A stretch of 38,709 nt of DNA, from contig CAYUMT010000003.1 in NCBI GenBank assembly GCA_964446015.1, forward strand, positions 4,251 through 42,959, in the 5' to 3' direction. Source of the stretch: Candidatus Hadarchaeota archaeon (GTDB lineage Archaea > Hadarchaeota > Hadarchaeia > Hadarchaeales > Hadarchaeaceae). Position numbers and translations under genes: made by a program. Below the pieces are notes generated by a model. It did no database searches, had not been told where the DNA came from, and worked only from the letters and a program-made list of their open reading frames with translations. This document shows, one piece after another, positions 8,642 to 17,118 of the stretch. Within the stretch, counting starts at the first letter, position 1. Each line of letters opens with the position of its first letter.

Positions 8642-10066
8642 TTAGGATGATTTGGACCCATAAGGACAGGACGTATCAGTACCTAGCCAGTCTCCCACCG
8701 ACTCGTAGGCTGTATACCTACACCCTCCGCATATGCCGTTGTAAGTACAAAGACCACATGCCCCTTTCAACGATTGCCTGTTTCTAATGTGGTTGAGGAG
8801 CTCGCTGTTTGTCCAGATATCCTCCAGATTTTCTTCCAACAAATTACCCAATTTCATGGGCGCTGGAACACACGGCAAGAGGTCCCCTTCCGCGCTCAAC
8901 CCCGCGTATGTGAGACCTGAGGAGCAACCTCCAAATTTCTCCGCAAGGCTCTTTATGATCTTGGGAGTTTCGTTCATCCAGCCATCTTCAAATCTCCTAT
9001 CGTGTCCGGAAAGAGCTTCGCTGACCGGAAAAAAGTTACCGTTTGAGCGTTGATGGCAGAGGCGAGCGAAGTAGGTCATCCCCCTTGTATAACATGTGAT
9101 CCCATTTCCATTAGAAGCTCTAATGAATCGGTCGCAAAGATAATCGAGCACTTCCATTTTTTCTTTCGGGGAGACATCTAGGTGGGTTGCATTTTTTCCC
9201 CTACCGGCCGCTATAATCCTGTTTAAATAAAATTTCGTCGCCCCTAGCTTTTCGCAAAGGTCTACGATATGTGAAATCTCCTTTACGTTCATTTTGTTGA
9301 GGGTTGTGGCAATTGCTATATCACGAAATTTTCCAAATTTAACGCAATTTTTTATCCCCTCAATTGTCGCGTCGAAGCTTCCGGGCGTGTTTCTCAGAAA
9401 ATCATGTGTTTTTGTACTAGCCCCATCTAAACCTATTTCCACGCTCTTTATGTCGGCTCGATACAATTTTTCTGGGACCTCAGGCGTGATGAGCGTCCCG
9501 TTTGTCGCGATCGAGCAAAAAATGCCCCTATCGCTGGCGTACTTCGCGACCTCATATAAATCCGGTCTCACTAGAGGTTCGCCCCCTGAGAAGGTCAAAA
9601 TGCTCAATCCAGCATCTGCCATGTTTTCCACCACCCTAAATGCTTGGGAGGTAGTCAGTTCAGATTGATTCGGACTGGAGTGTGAGTCCTGATGGCAGTG
9701 CAAACAGTTAAGATTGCATTGGTTTGTAAAATTCCAGACTATGACCACTGGTACTCCCGTTGGCTGTGGTGTCTTGATGCCAAATTTTGCTATTCCCTTG
9801 ACAGCGTTCAACATGCTTTTTGCCATCACGGGATCGCACACAATTTGTTTAGCGACATTTTCAGAAACGAACATTTTGCTAAAGAGTCGGTGAATCAACG
9901 GCTTCATTAGATAGGAAGTTGTCCTGCAACTGATGCATTGTTTACCATTCTTCCCAGAGTAGTGGTCGAAGGCGGATATCAGTCTTTCTTTCCCACATTT
10001 ATTACATTTAACAACTAAACGTTTGGCAATGAATTTACCAAATGGTTTCAAAAGAGAAGTACGCAA
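8642..10066 (-). CDS. radical SAM/SPASM-domain protein with N-terminal Cys-rich (zinc-ribbon-like) extension
   Basis: FTNQCNLNCLHC (CxxxCxxC), GGEPL, a SPASM-like C-terminal cysteine cluster (GACGLCTYNGICGGCRYTAY...SCPYG) and an N-terminal CNKCG...CISC. The TTG start is preceded by AAGGTGATGA (SD-like). Confidence 0.85.
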   Translation of the reverse strand: MRTSLLKPFGKFIAKRLVVKCNKCGKERLISAFDHYSGKNGKQCISCRTTSYLMKPLIHRLFSKMFVSENVAKQIVCDPVMAKSMLNAVKGIAKFGIKTPQPTGVPVVIVWNFTNQCNLNCLHCHQDSHSSPNQSELTTSQAFRVVENMADAGLSILTFSGGEPLVRPDLYEVAKYASDRGIFCSIATNGTLITPEVPEKLYRADIKSVEIGLDGASTKTHDFLRNTPGSFDATIEGIKNCVKFGKFRDIAIATTLNKMNVKEISHIVDLCEKLGATKFYLNRIIAAGRGKNATHLDVSPKEKMEVLDYLCDRFIRASNGNGITCYTRGMTYFARLCHQRSNGNFFPVSEALSGHDRRFEDGWMNETPKIIKSLAEKFGGCSSGLTYAGLSAEGDLLPCVPAPMKLGNLLEENLEDIWTNSELLNHIRNRQSLKGACGLCTYNGICGGCRYTAYESVGDWLGTDTSCPYGSKSS

Positions 10067-10152
10067 CTTATCATCACCTTTGTCAACCCTAATTGGATAT
10101 ATTTTATAAATAATGCTTTTTCATTGGCGCCTGTAATACTTATTTTTAAAGC

Positions 10153-11064
10153 TTACTTTTGAAGCGGGATTTCGAGCACTAAGAGATCGCGCGCGGCTAT
10201 AGTGTTTGGGAAAATTTTCTTTGCCTGCTCAAGCAATACGGAGTCATCTTCGTAGCGGGGGCTGACATGGATGAGTACCAGTTGCTTTACCCCTGCGCGT
10301 TTCGCGACATCCGAGGCTACTTGCGGTGTTGAGTGGGAATTCTCCTCTGCCTTGTCGGCCAATTCATCGGCGAGTGTACAATCGTGGATTAGCACATCGG
10401 CCCCTTTTGCCAGCTCAATGATGTTTTCGCTCGACTTTGTGTCGCCCGTGTAGACTATTTTTCTTCCTCTACGTGATGGACCGATAACCTGCTCAGGTGT
10501 AACTGTATGCCCGTCCCGCGACTTTACGCTTCGCCCCGACCTGAGGCGAGAAAAGGCAGGGCCAGGTTTAACCCCAAGGGATTCAGCTTTTTCGGGGTAG
10601 AATCGCCCCGGACGGTCGTTCTCAACAAATGCGTAGGCAAGGGACGGTACTGAGTGCTCAACTTCGGATGTTAAAATTCGATAGTCCTTGCGTTTGACCT
10701 CATCCTTAGGACCAAGCTCTCGAACCAGAACATCGAATGTGAGGGTGTAGTGCGGCACACGGAGGTACATCTCGAGCCGCTTCCGCTCTCCTTTGGGGCA
10801 GTATACCATAAGGGGTTCAGTGCGATCCAACAGCGAGAGGGTTTGTACCAGTCCAGCTAGTCCAAGAAAGTGGTCACCGTGCAGATGTGTGATAAATATT
10901 GAGCTGAGTTTCATGGGGCTGAGGTGAGAGATGGCCATTTGCCTCTGGGTGCCCTCGCCGCAATCGAATAGGAGTATCTCCCGATCCCGCTTCAGAGCTA
11001 TCGCTGGAAGCCCCCGTTTGGTGGTCGGGATGCTGCCGGTTGTGCCTAGAAAAATTAACTCCAT
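10153..11064 (-). CDS. rnz: ribonuclease Z (tRNA 3' endonuclease)
   Basis: MELIFLGTTGSIPT..R, LLFDCGEGTQRQM, ITHLHGDHFLGL.GL, and C-terminal HDCT/THFS-like blocks. Confidence 0.93.
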   Translation of the reverse strand: MELIFLGTTGSIPTTKRGLPAIALKRDREILLFDCGEGTQRQMAISHLSPMKLSSIFITHLHGDHFLGLAGLVQTLSLLDRTEPLMVYCPKGERKRLEMYLRVPHYTLTFDVLVRELGPKDEVKRKDYRILTSEVEHSVPSLAYAFVENDRPGRFYPEKAESLGVKPGPAFSRLRSGRSVKSRDGHTVTPEQVIGPSRRGRKIVYTGDTKSSENIIELAKGADVLIHDCTLADELADKAEENSHSTPQVASDVAKRAGVKQLVLIHVSPRYEDDSVLLEQAKKIFPNTIAARDLLVLEIPLQK

Positions 11065-11119
11065 ATTATCTCCAAATTAGGAGATGAGCCCTGACTTAAA
11101 TAGCTGGGCAAAGCGAGAT

Positions 11120-11145
11120 TGTGTAAATGCCGAGGCAGTTACACA
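11120..11145 (-). other. 12-bp (one mismatch) hairpin between the Trm-G10 stop and the rnz start
   Basis: TGTGTAAATGCC-GA-GGCAGTTACACA. Confidence 0.3.
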
Positions 11146-11181
11146 GTCCACATGCATCATAATGTTGTAGGGCTCTTTTCA

Positions 11182-12210
11182 TCATTTTCTGAACACGTAA
11201 ATGGATCTGGTCAGGCTGCGATGCACTCGCTGCTCATGGCGCTCTATCTTTCGCAATCCTACATCAGCTGCTAAATCCTCAAGTTCAAGCTCAGCTGGCG
11301 TCGTAACGCAGATATGTCCCTTCGCTTTCAACGCGCTTGCCATTGAAGGAAGCGCCTCACGGTAAAGCTCATCAAGCTTGGCCCCGCCGGTAGTGGCTTG
11401 ACGTCCGTAGGGTGGGTCGGTGGCTATAGCGTCGACCTCCATCGACTGAAGCTTTCGCGCATCGCCGACCATTAGCTGAAAATCGGTCAAACCGTTAGCC
11501 TCAAGGTTTCTTCTGGCTCCATCGACCATCTCTCGCTCTATATCGACACCAACCAACTTGGCACCGATAAGTCCTCCCTCCAGCAGGATGCCGCCAACAC
11601 CGCAGAAAGGGTCAAGCAAAGTGCTGTCCCTTGAAGTCCTAGCCAGGTTTACCATGCATCTGGCTAACGTAGGGGGGAGGGTGCTGGGGTGGAAGGCCGG
11701 CCTCTTGATCGGGCGGCGTTTTGTGAACTCCCCACGTTCCACGCGCGCAGCGGTTATCCCAAAAACGCATTTGTCACCCGTCAAAACTCCTAACAACTCG
11801 ACATCGGGATTGTCCAGATTAACCTTGAACTCGATTTCGCTAGCTATCATACCCGCTAGCTTCCTAGAGAGGTCAATGGTGTCTATTTCGGCGGCGCTGC
11901 GTTTGACCCGGTTTATCCTGACCGCGAAGCTTTTACCGTGCGGGATTAGGTCTGCTATATCTGAGCTCCCCACCGCCTCAAATATCTCCCTCTCTCTAGC
12001 TTCAGAGGTACATATGTGAAGGCATATCTCCTTGCACATCGCTAGACGTGATGCCATTACATTTGCATCCGCCTTGGTTTGAACTAAGATGAGTTGATCG
12101 AGTTGTTCGATTACATTGAACTTTTTGCGTTCAGCTTTTAATGACGCAGTGACCTCGGAGTAAGGTAGCGTCTGATGCTCGCCTGAAAGCACAAACATTA
12201 GCATCTGCAT
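11182..12210 (-). CDS. trm11: THUMP-domain tRNA (guanine10-N2)-methyltransferase (Trm-G10/Trm11 family)
   Basis: 342 aa. N-terminal THUMP-like region, then DPFCGVGGILLEG and the TDPPYGR methyltransferase motifs. Confidence 0.85.
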   Translation of the reverse strand: MQMLMFVLSGEHQTLPYSEVTASLKAERKKFNVIEQLDQLILVQTKADANVMASRLAMCKEICLHICTSEAREREIFEAVGSSDIADLIPHGKSFAVRINRVKRSAAEIDTIDLSRKLAGMIASEIEFKVNLDNPDVELLGVLTGDKCVFGITAARVERGEFTKRRPIKRPAFHPSTLPPTLARCMVNLARTSRDSTLLDPFCGVGGILLEGGLIGAKLVGVDIEREMVDGARRNLEANGLTDFQLMVGDARKLQSMEVDAIATDPPYGRQATTGGAKLDELYREALPSMASALKAKGHICVTTPAELELEDLAADVGLRKIERHEQRVHRSLTRSIYVFRK

Positions 12211-12219
12211 CTACAGACC

Positions 12220-13086
12220 CTACTTTAGCATCTCTGCTATCAGGGGAGCTACTGAGACAACGCTCACGTCTTTTTCTATCGTGTTTGTGGCGATGACCTT
12301 TTTTATGCCGGCATCCTCGAGCCTTTGCATTGCGTTTCCAGATAGGACCGGATGCGCGCAGGCGACGTACACGTCGCGCGCGCCCTGTTCCCGAAGCATT
12401 TTTGTCGCCCCGATGATTGTCCCACCAGTGCTCACGATGTCGTCCACCATCACGATGTCGCGGTTTTTAACGTTTAGGTTCTTTGGATAAACAATGACGT
12501 TTTCCGGGGAGACCCTTCGCTTTTCCAAGTTATAGTGTTCGGCTCCAAGCTCCAAAGCGACTAGGGCGGCGCGTTTGATAGAGCCTTGGTCGGCACCGAT
12601 GATTATAGGTTTATTTAGCCCGAGTTCATTGAGGTAGCGGCCAATTAACGGCATCGCGGTTTGGTTGAATGCAGGTATGGAAAAGTTTCCAAGCGTTTCC
12701 TCCTGGTGAACGTCTACGGTGATTACCTCATCCGCCCCGGATTGGCTTATCAAATTACAGATGGTGCGCAGGCTTATGGCCTCCCCGGGATTGAACCGCT
12801 TGTCCTGTCGGGAGTAGGCGAGATAGGGGACAACTGCCATTACCCACTTCGCTCCCAGAATTTTTGCGGTGTCCAGCAGGAGTAAAAGTTCAATCATGTT
12901 GTCGTTTTGTGGGCGGCAGGTCGACTGTATTATTGCCACCGTTTTCTTCCGAAGATCGGCGTCTATTCTTGCGTAGATCTCCCCGTCGGGAAAGTGTTTG
13001 ATTTCCGCGTTGATGAGTTCGGCTCCGAGCATACCGGCCACCTCTGCTGAGAGCTTAGGCGATGCGGAACCGGCTATTACTATCAT
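12220..13086 (-). CDS. prs: ribose-phosphate pyrophosphokinase
   Basis: 288 aa. FPDGE, YLAYSRQDKRF, VTVD.H and VMVDDIVSTGGT PRPP-binding motifs. Confidence 0.93.
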   Translation of the reverse strand: MIVIAGSASPKLSAEVAGMLGAELINAEIKHFPDGEIYARIDADLRKKTVAIIQSTCRPQNDNMIELLLLLDTAKILGAKWVMAVVPYLAYSRQDKRFNPGEAISLRTICNLISQSGADEVITVDVHQEETLGNFSIPAFNQTAMPLIGRYLNELGLNKPIIIGADQGSIKRAALVALELGAEHYNLEKRRVSPENVIVYPKNLNVKNRDIVMVDDIVSTGGTIIGATKMLREQGARDVYVACAHPVLSGNAMQRLEDAGIKKVIATNTIEKDVSVVSVAPLIAEMLK

Positions 13087-13133
13087 GTCATCTCCAACGA
13101 AACTCTTTAGGACGGTTGTTTATTTAATTGTGA

Positions 13134-14237
13134 TTGGTGGGCTATTTGTGGCGGGTTTTCAGGCCTGACGCCGTTGAGGTGCTCCAGGACGAGAGGGCGC
13201 GAAAGTCCTTAAGCCGCTACTTCGCGGTAATGGAGGGCAAACTTCCCGCCCGCTTCCAAGTCTGCAAGCGCGTGAAGGTTAACGCAGATATTTCAGCGCC
13301 AGACGAAGAGATTTGGGAAGCCCACGAGCGAGGGATGAAGGAATTTAGCAAATTGCTCGCCGATGTAGACGGGGGCAAAGTGGAGCTTGACAGCCTGAGA
13401 AGGCCAAAACTCTCCCTTTTAGATTTTAAGGTGGAGATGGCGCGGCGTATCCTGAAATCTTGCCACTTCTGCGAGCGCAGGTGCGGCGTTGACCGATTGG
13501 CCGGGGAAACCGGTGTTTGCGGCGTCGGCGAACGATCTCGGATAGCCTCGGAGTTCATGCACCATGGCGAGGAGCCGGAACTAGTGCCAAGCTACACGAT
13601 TTTCTTCAACGGGTGCACCTTCAAGTGCCAGTTTTGCCAGAACTGGGACATCTCGCAGCATGCCGATGGAGGCGTCGAAGTTTCACCGCAAACATTGGCT
13701 AATCTTGTTGAAGGCGCTCGAAGGGAGGGGGCGAGGAATTGTAACTGGGTTGGAGGCGACCCGACCCCAGATCTGCACACAATTCTAGAGGCGCTGAACT
13801 TTTGCGATGCCAACATTCCCTCCGTTTTCAACAGCAACATGTATTGCAGCGCTGAGGCAATGGAGTTACTTTTTTGCACTCAGGATGTTTACCTTACAGA
13901 TTTTAAATACGGGAACGATGGGTGCGCGCAACGCTACTCAAAGGTGCCAAACTACTTCGATGTGGTGGCACGAAATCACAGGCTTGCATTTGAGGACGCA
14001 GAGCTGATAATCCGTCACCTTGTCCTGCCATCAAACGTGGAATGCTGCACCCGCACGGTGTTGAAGTGGATAGCCGAAAATTTGGGATCGATGGTTCGCG
14101 TCAATGTAATGGCACAGTTCAGGCCCGAGTACAAGGCTCATGAATTTGAGGAGCTTCGCCGCAGAGTGACCTCCGGTGAGATGAGTTCGGCATTAAAAAT
14201 AGCTAGAGAATTTGGGTTGGAAAACGTAATAACTTGA
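13134..14237 (+). CDS. radical SAM protein, PflX-like (COG1313, pyruvate formate-lyase activase-related)
   Basis: CHFCERRCGVDR..GE.GVCG N-terminal Cys motif, followed by FFNGCTFKCQFCQNWDISQ (CxxxCxxC). Confidence 0.85.
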   Translation: MVGYLWRVFRPDAVEVLQDERARKSLSRYFAVMEGKLPARFQVCKRVKVNADISAPDEEIWEAHERGMKEFSKLLADVDGGKVELDSLRRPKLSLLDFKVEMARRILKSCHFCERRCGVDRLAGETGVCGVGERSRIASEFMHHGEEPELVPSYTIFFNGCTFKCQFCQNWDISQHADGGVEVSPQTLANLVEGARREGARNCNWVGGDPTPDLHTILEALNFCDANIPSVFNSNMYCSAEAMELLFCTQDVYLTDFKYGNDGCAQRYSKVPNYFDVVARNHRLAFEDAELIIRHLVLPSNVECCTRTVLKWIAENLGSMVRVNVMAQFRPEYKAHEFEELRRRVTSGEMSSALKIAREFGLENVIT

Positions 14238-14253
14238 TTTCGCCATTAAACAG

Positions 14254-14910
14254 GTGAGCTGCATGCAAGTCCATCAGATCGGAGGCTTTGGTTTCGACTC
14301 CAACATCTACCTTATTGTAGATGAAATCATTACGATAATCGACGCCGGCACTGGACAGAATTTCGAGATCATAAAGCGAAACCTTGCTAAAGTTGGCCTT
14401 AAACTTCGGGATGTGGGACTGCTCATCAATACCCATTGCCACTTCGATCATGCTGGCGGCGACAAGGACTTCGCGGCCGCGGGATGTGATGTGGCGATTC
14501 ACGAGGAAGAGGCCGACCTGCTGAGGGAAGGGGATCAGGTAATCACGATACCAGGGCTTTTCGACGACAGGCTGAGAGCGGTCGATGTGGCACGCGAGCT
14601 GCATGACGGTGACCGAGTCAAGCTCGGTGAACTGGAGTTCGAGGTCATCCATACTCCTGGCCATACACAGGGGAGCGTATCACTATACGAGCACAAGCTT
14701 AAGTCCCTCTTTTCGGGCGACACTGTATTCTGCGATGGCGTCGGGCGCACCGACCTGCCAACCGGCGATACTGGGGCGCTGTCCAGCTCATTGCGGAGAT
14801 TGGCGGAGCTTGAGGTCGATAGGCTTTATCCGGGCCACGGTCCGGCCGACGAGGGAAACGCGCGAAAGCGCTTGCTTGATGCTATTGAGTTCGTGGAGTG
14901 GCCAGGCTAA
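14254..14910 (+). CDS. MBL-fold metallo-hydrolase
   Basis: THCHFDHAGG, HTPGHTQGS and GDTVF..G.GRTDLP motifs. Confidence 0.85.
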   Translation: MSCMQVHQIGGFGFDSNIYLIVDEIITIIDAGTGQNFEIIKRNLAKVGLKLRDVGLLINTHCHFDHAGGDKDFAAAGCDVAIHEEEADLLREGDQVITIPGLFDDRLRAVDVARELHDGDRVKLGELEFEVIHTPGHTQGSVSLYEHKLKSLFSGDTVFCDGVGRTDLPTGDTGALSSSLRRLAELEVDRLYPGHGPADEGNARKRLLDAIEFVEWPG

Positions 14911-14948
14911 CCTTTCAAATAGGCGCGGGTTTAATTTTTATAGGTACC

Positions 14949-15197
14949 ATGGGGGCTCGGGAAATTTTGAATCAACTCAAGTGGAGCGGCAGGGGCGATT
15001 TCGATGACGCAAGGGTGACCATCCTGCACCGAGGGGCGCCGGGTGACAAGCGTATAATTGTCGGCAGCGATGTACTTGACGTGGGTCGTGGATTTATGCG
15101 GGTGGCGTCCCCAGATGGAGTGGTTGAAATCCCATATCACAGGATTATTCGGATTGAGGCTGGCGGGCAGATAAAGTTCCGAAAACGCGGGTTTTAA
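14949..15197 (+). CDS. DUF504 (UPF0248) family protein
   Basis: AREILNQLKW...V.ILHRGAPGD...I.......GRGFM......IPYHRIIRIE matches the DUF504 pattern. The start is set at the ATG at 14949 instead of the track GTG at 14898. Confidence 0.7.
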   Translation: MGAREILNQLKWSGRGDFDDARVTILHRGAPGDKRIIVGSDVLDVGRGFMRVASPDGVVEIPYHRIIRIEAGGQIKFRKRGF

Positions 15198-15198
15198 C

Positions 15199-16371
15199 AT
15201 GGAATTTTTAATATCGATTCTCATCCTCCTGCTATTAGCAAAAATCTTAGGTGAGCTGGCGCACCGCTTTGGCCTCTCCCCCCTCATGGGTGAGGTCCTT
15301 GCCGGCATAGTCCTCGGACCGGCGCTTTTGGGATTGGTCGATGCTGGCGATGCTATATACGGTGTGGCTATGTTGGGCCTCGTCGTCATGATGTTAGTCA
15401 CTGGCATGAATTCGAGGTTCGACATCTTCACAAAAATTAGGTTCAAGGCCTTGGTTATTGCGGTGATCGGCGTTGTAGTTTCCCTGCTGTTTGGATTCTT
15501 CGTGTCATACTCGTTCGGCTACGGCCTTTTGCCGAGCCTGTTCGTCGCCGCCGCCCTGAGCAACACGGCGACCGAAGTGGCCGCAAGGGTGACGGCTGGA
15601 CACCCGTTGAACCAGCTCGTGGTCAGCGCGGCTTTGGTCGATGACATATTGGCCGTTTATATTCTGGGCATACTCTCGACATCTACGCTAAGGGGAACGC
15701 TGGATTTGGGCGTGCTCATCTGGGCGACTGTAGGGATCGTAGTATTTTTCCTCGCGGTCGGCTATCTCTCCCGCCTGCTCATAATAAAGCACGATTTGAT
15801 GAAGAGGCTGTGGAAGTACGAGGCCAGAGGGGCCCCGCTGGCGTTCGCCGTGTCATTGGCCCTCGCACTCGCCGTGATCGCCCAGAACATCGGGCTGCAC
15901 GCCATAATAGGTGCATACATGGCGGGCCTTTTCATAGGGAGATTGCGCGAAAGGCCCATAATCACCCTCCAGAGCAGGATTCGCTACAATCAGGTGTTCG
16001 ACGACATTTCCAGTTCCCTGCAGACCATACTCACCCCGGTATTCTTTGCTTACGTAGGTCTCACTCTATCTCCAAACTGGGGACAGCTGAATCTACTGAT
16101 GTTGGTCGCGCTCGCTGTTGTGGCATTCGGTGGTAAGATAATCGGGTGTGGCGGAGGGGCTGTTGCGATAGGCTTTAACCGTCGCGATAGTCTTTCAGTG
16201 GGCGCAGGGATGTGCCCGCGCGGATCGCTTGAGCTCGCGGTGCTGCACTTTGGCTTCATAAGTTTGAGGTCTTATGGTTTTACCCCCGAGCTTTTTGCTT
16301 CCATGGTGGTCGTAGTATTGATAACCGTAATTCTTTCGCCGGTCTTGTTCAAATTATCGACCGCAAGATAA
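15199..16371 (+). CDS. cation:proton antiporter (CPA2/Kef-NapA type)
   Basis: 390 aa with about 11-12 TM helices. N-terminus LLLLAKILGELAHRFGLSPLMGEVLAGIVLGP is typical of Na_H_Exchanger proteins. It starts 1 nt after the DUF504 stop. Confidence 0.85.
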   Translation: MEFLISILILLLLAKILGELAHRFGLSPLMGEVLAGIVLGPALLGLVDAGDAIYGVAMLGLVVMMLVTGMNSRFDIFTKIRFKALVIAVIGVVVSLLFGFFVSYSFGYGLLPSLFVAAALSNTATEVAARVTAGHPLNQLVVSAALVDDILAVYILGILSTSTLRGTLDLGVLIWATVGIVVFFLAVGYLSRLLIIKHDLMKRLWKYEARGAPLAFAVSLALALAVIAQNIGLHAIIGAYMAGLFIGRLRERPIITLQSRIRYNQVFDDISSSLQTILTPVFFAYVGLTLSPNWGQLNLLMLVALAVVAFGGKIIGCGGGAVAIGFNRRDSLSVGAGMCPRGSLELAVLHFGFISLRSYGFTPELFASMVVVVLITVILSPVLFKLSTAR

Positions 16372-16683
16372 AATTCACTTTAGAAGTTTGAATATAAAGC
16401 ACTTTTAAATATTTTCTGGTTTAATATTCTCAAAAATCCTTTTGATATGCTAGTGTTTGTGAATATGCTAAAAATTGGTGATTATACCAAAAGTAGATAG
16501 AATAAAGGGAAAGCTAAAAAACATTTAAATTTATGTCATGTAGGTGCGGATATATGAGAACTCAAATTTCTAGAAGGGGCGATGGTGGATAGTGACATTA
16601 CTAATTTGTCACTTGCTTCCATAGATATCTAAGGATAAGATTTTCCTTTAAGAAGTACCCGCACACAAAGGCTTGATGGGCAT

Positions 16684-17058
16684 TTGTCCAAGGGGTTGGC
16701 AGCGTCCGATGTTATAAGGTCGATGATGCGTGCTGGATTTTCGCGCGACGAAATCTATGACGTTCTCACCAGCGCGGGACTGTTTGGGGAACAAATCCAA
16801 CTTATGATTGATCGTGTGTCGGCTGAGTTCCACGAGGCCAAGATAGAATCGCGGCCCTCAAAGCTGGCTAGCGAGGTCGGATTGATATTTCGAGAGATAA
16901 TTGAAAATTTTCAGCATGAGGCACTTGCGCGGATGGACTTACTATCTCATCGACTTGGGCTTATAGAGGTGGACTTGGGGCGACTAATGAAACATGTCAA
17001 TGGGCCGCGATCGAAAATATCTCCTAAATTTTGTCGGGAAGCAAAACGCTCAAGATGA
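16684..17058 (+). CDS. hypothetical small helical protein
   Basis: 124-aa ORF with a TTG start (internal ATGs at codons 14-15). The composition looks coding, but I recognise no family. It is convergent with the pilin-like operon. Confidence 0.4.
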   Translation: MSKGLAASDVIRSMMRAGFSRDEIYDVLTSAGLFGEQIQLMIDRVSAEFHEAKIESRPSKLASEVGLIFREIIENFQHEALARMDLLSHRLGLIEVDLGRLMKHVNGPRSKISPKFCREAKRSR

Positions 17059-17118
17059 CCTTTTGAGTATCTTGATGCCAGCATCCCCATCTGTGTCCTA
17101 AGGGAAAAGGTGGAGAAG

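Noticed and set aside
14203-16259. Antisense or alternative-frame ORFs inside the MBL, DUF504 and antiporter genes (for example 14203-14664, 14585-15007, 14931-15446, 15810-16136).
   Set aside because: They are shadow ORFs typical of GC-richer coding regions, with Arg/Ser/Pro-rich composition, and they lie entirely within genes that have strong family signatures. The same reasoning applies to the other short antisense ORFs throughout the track.
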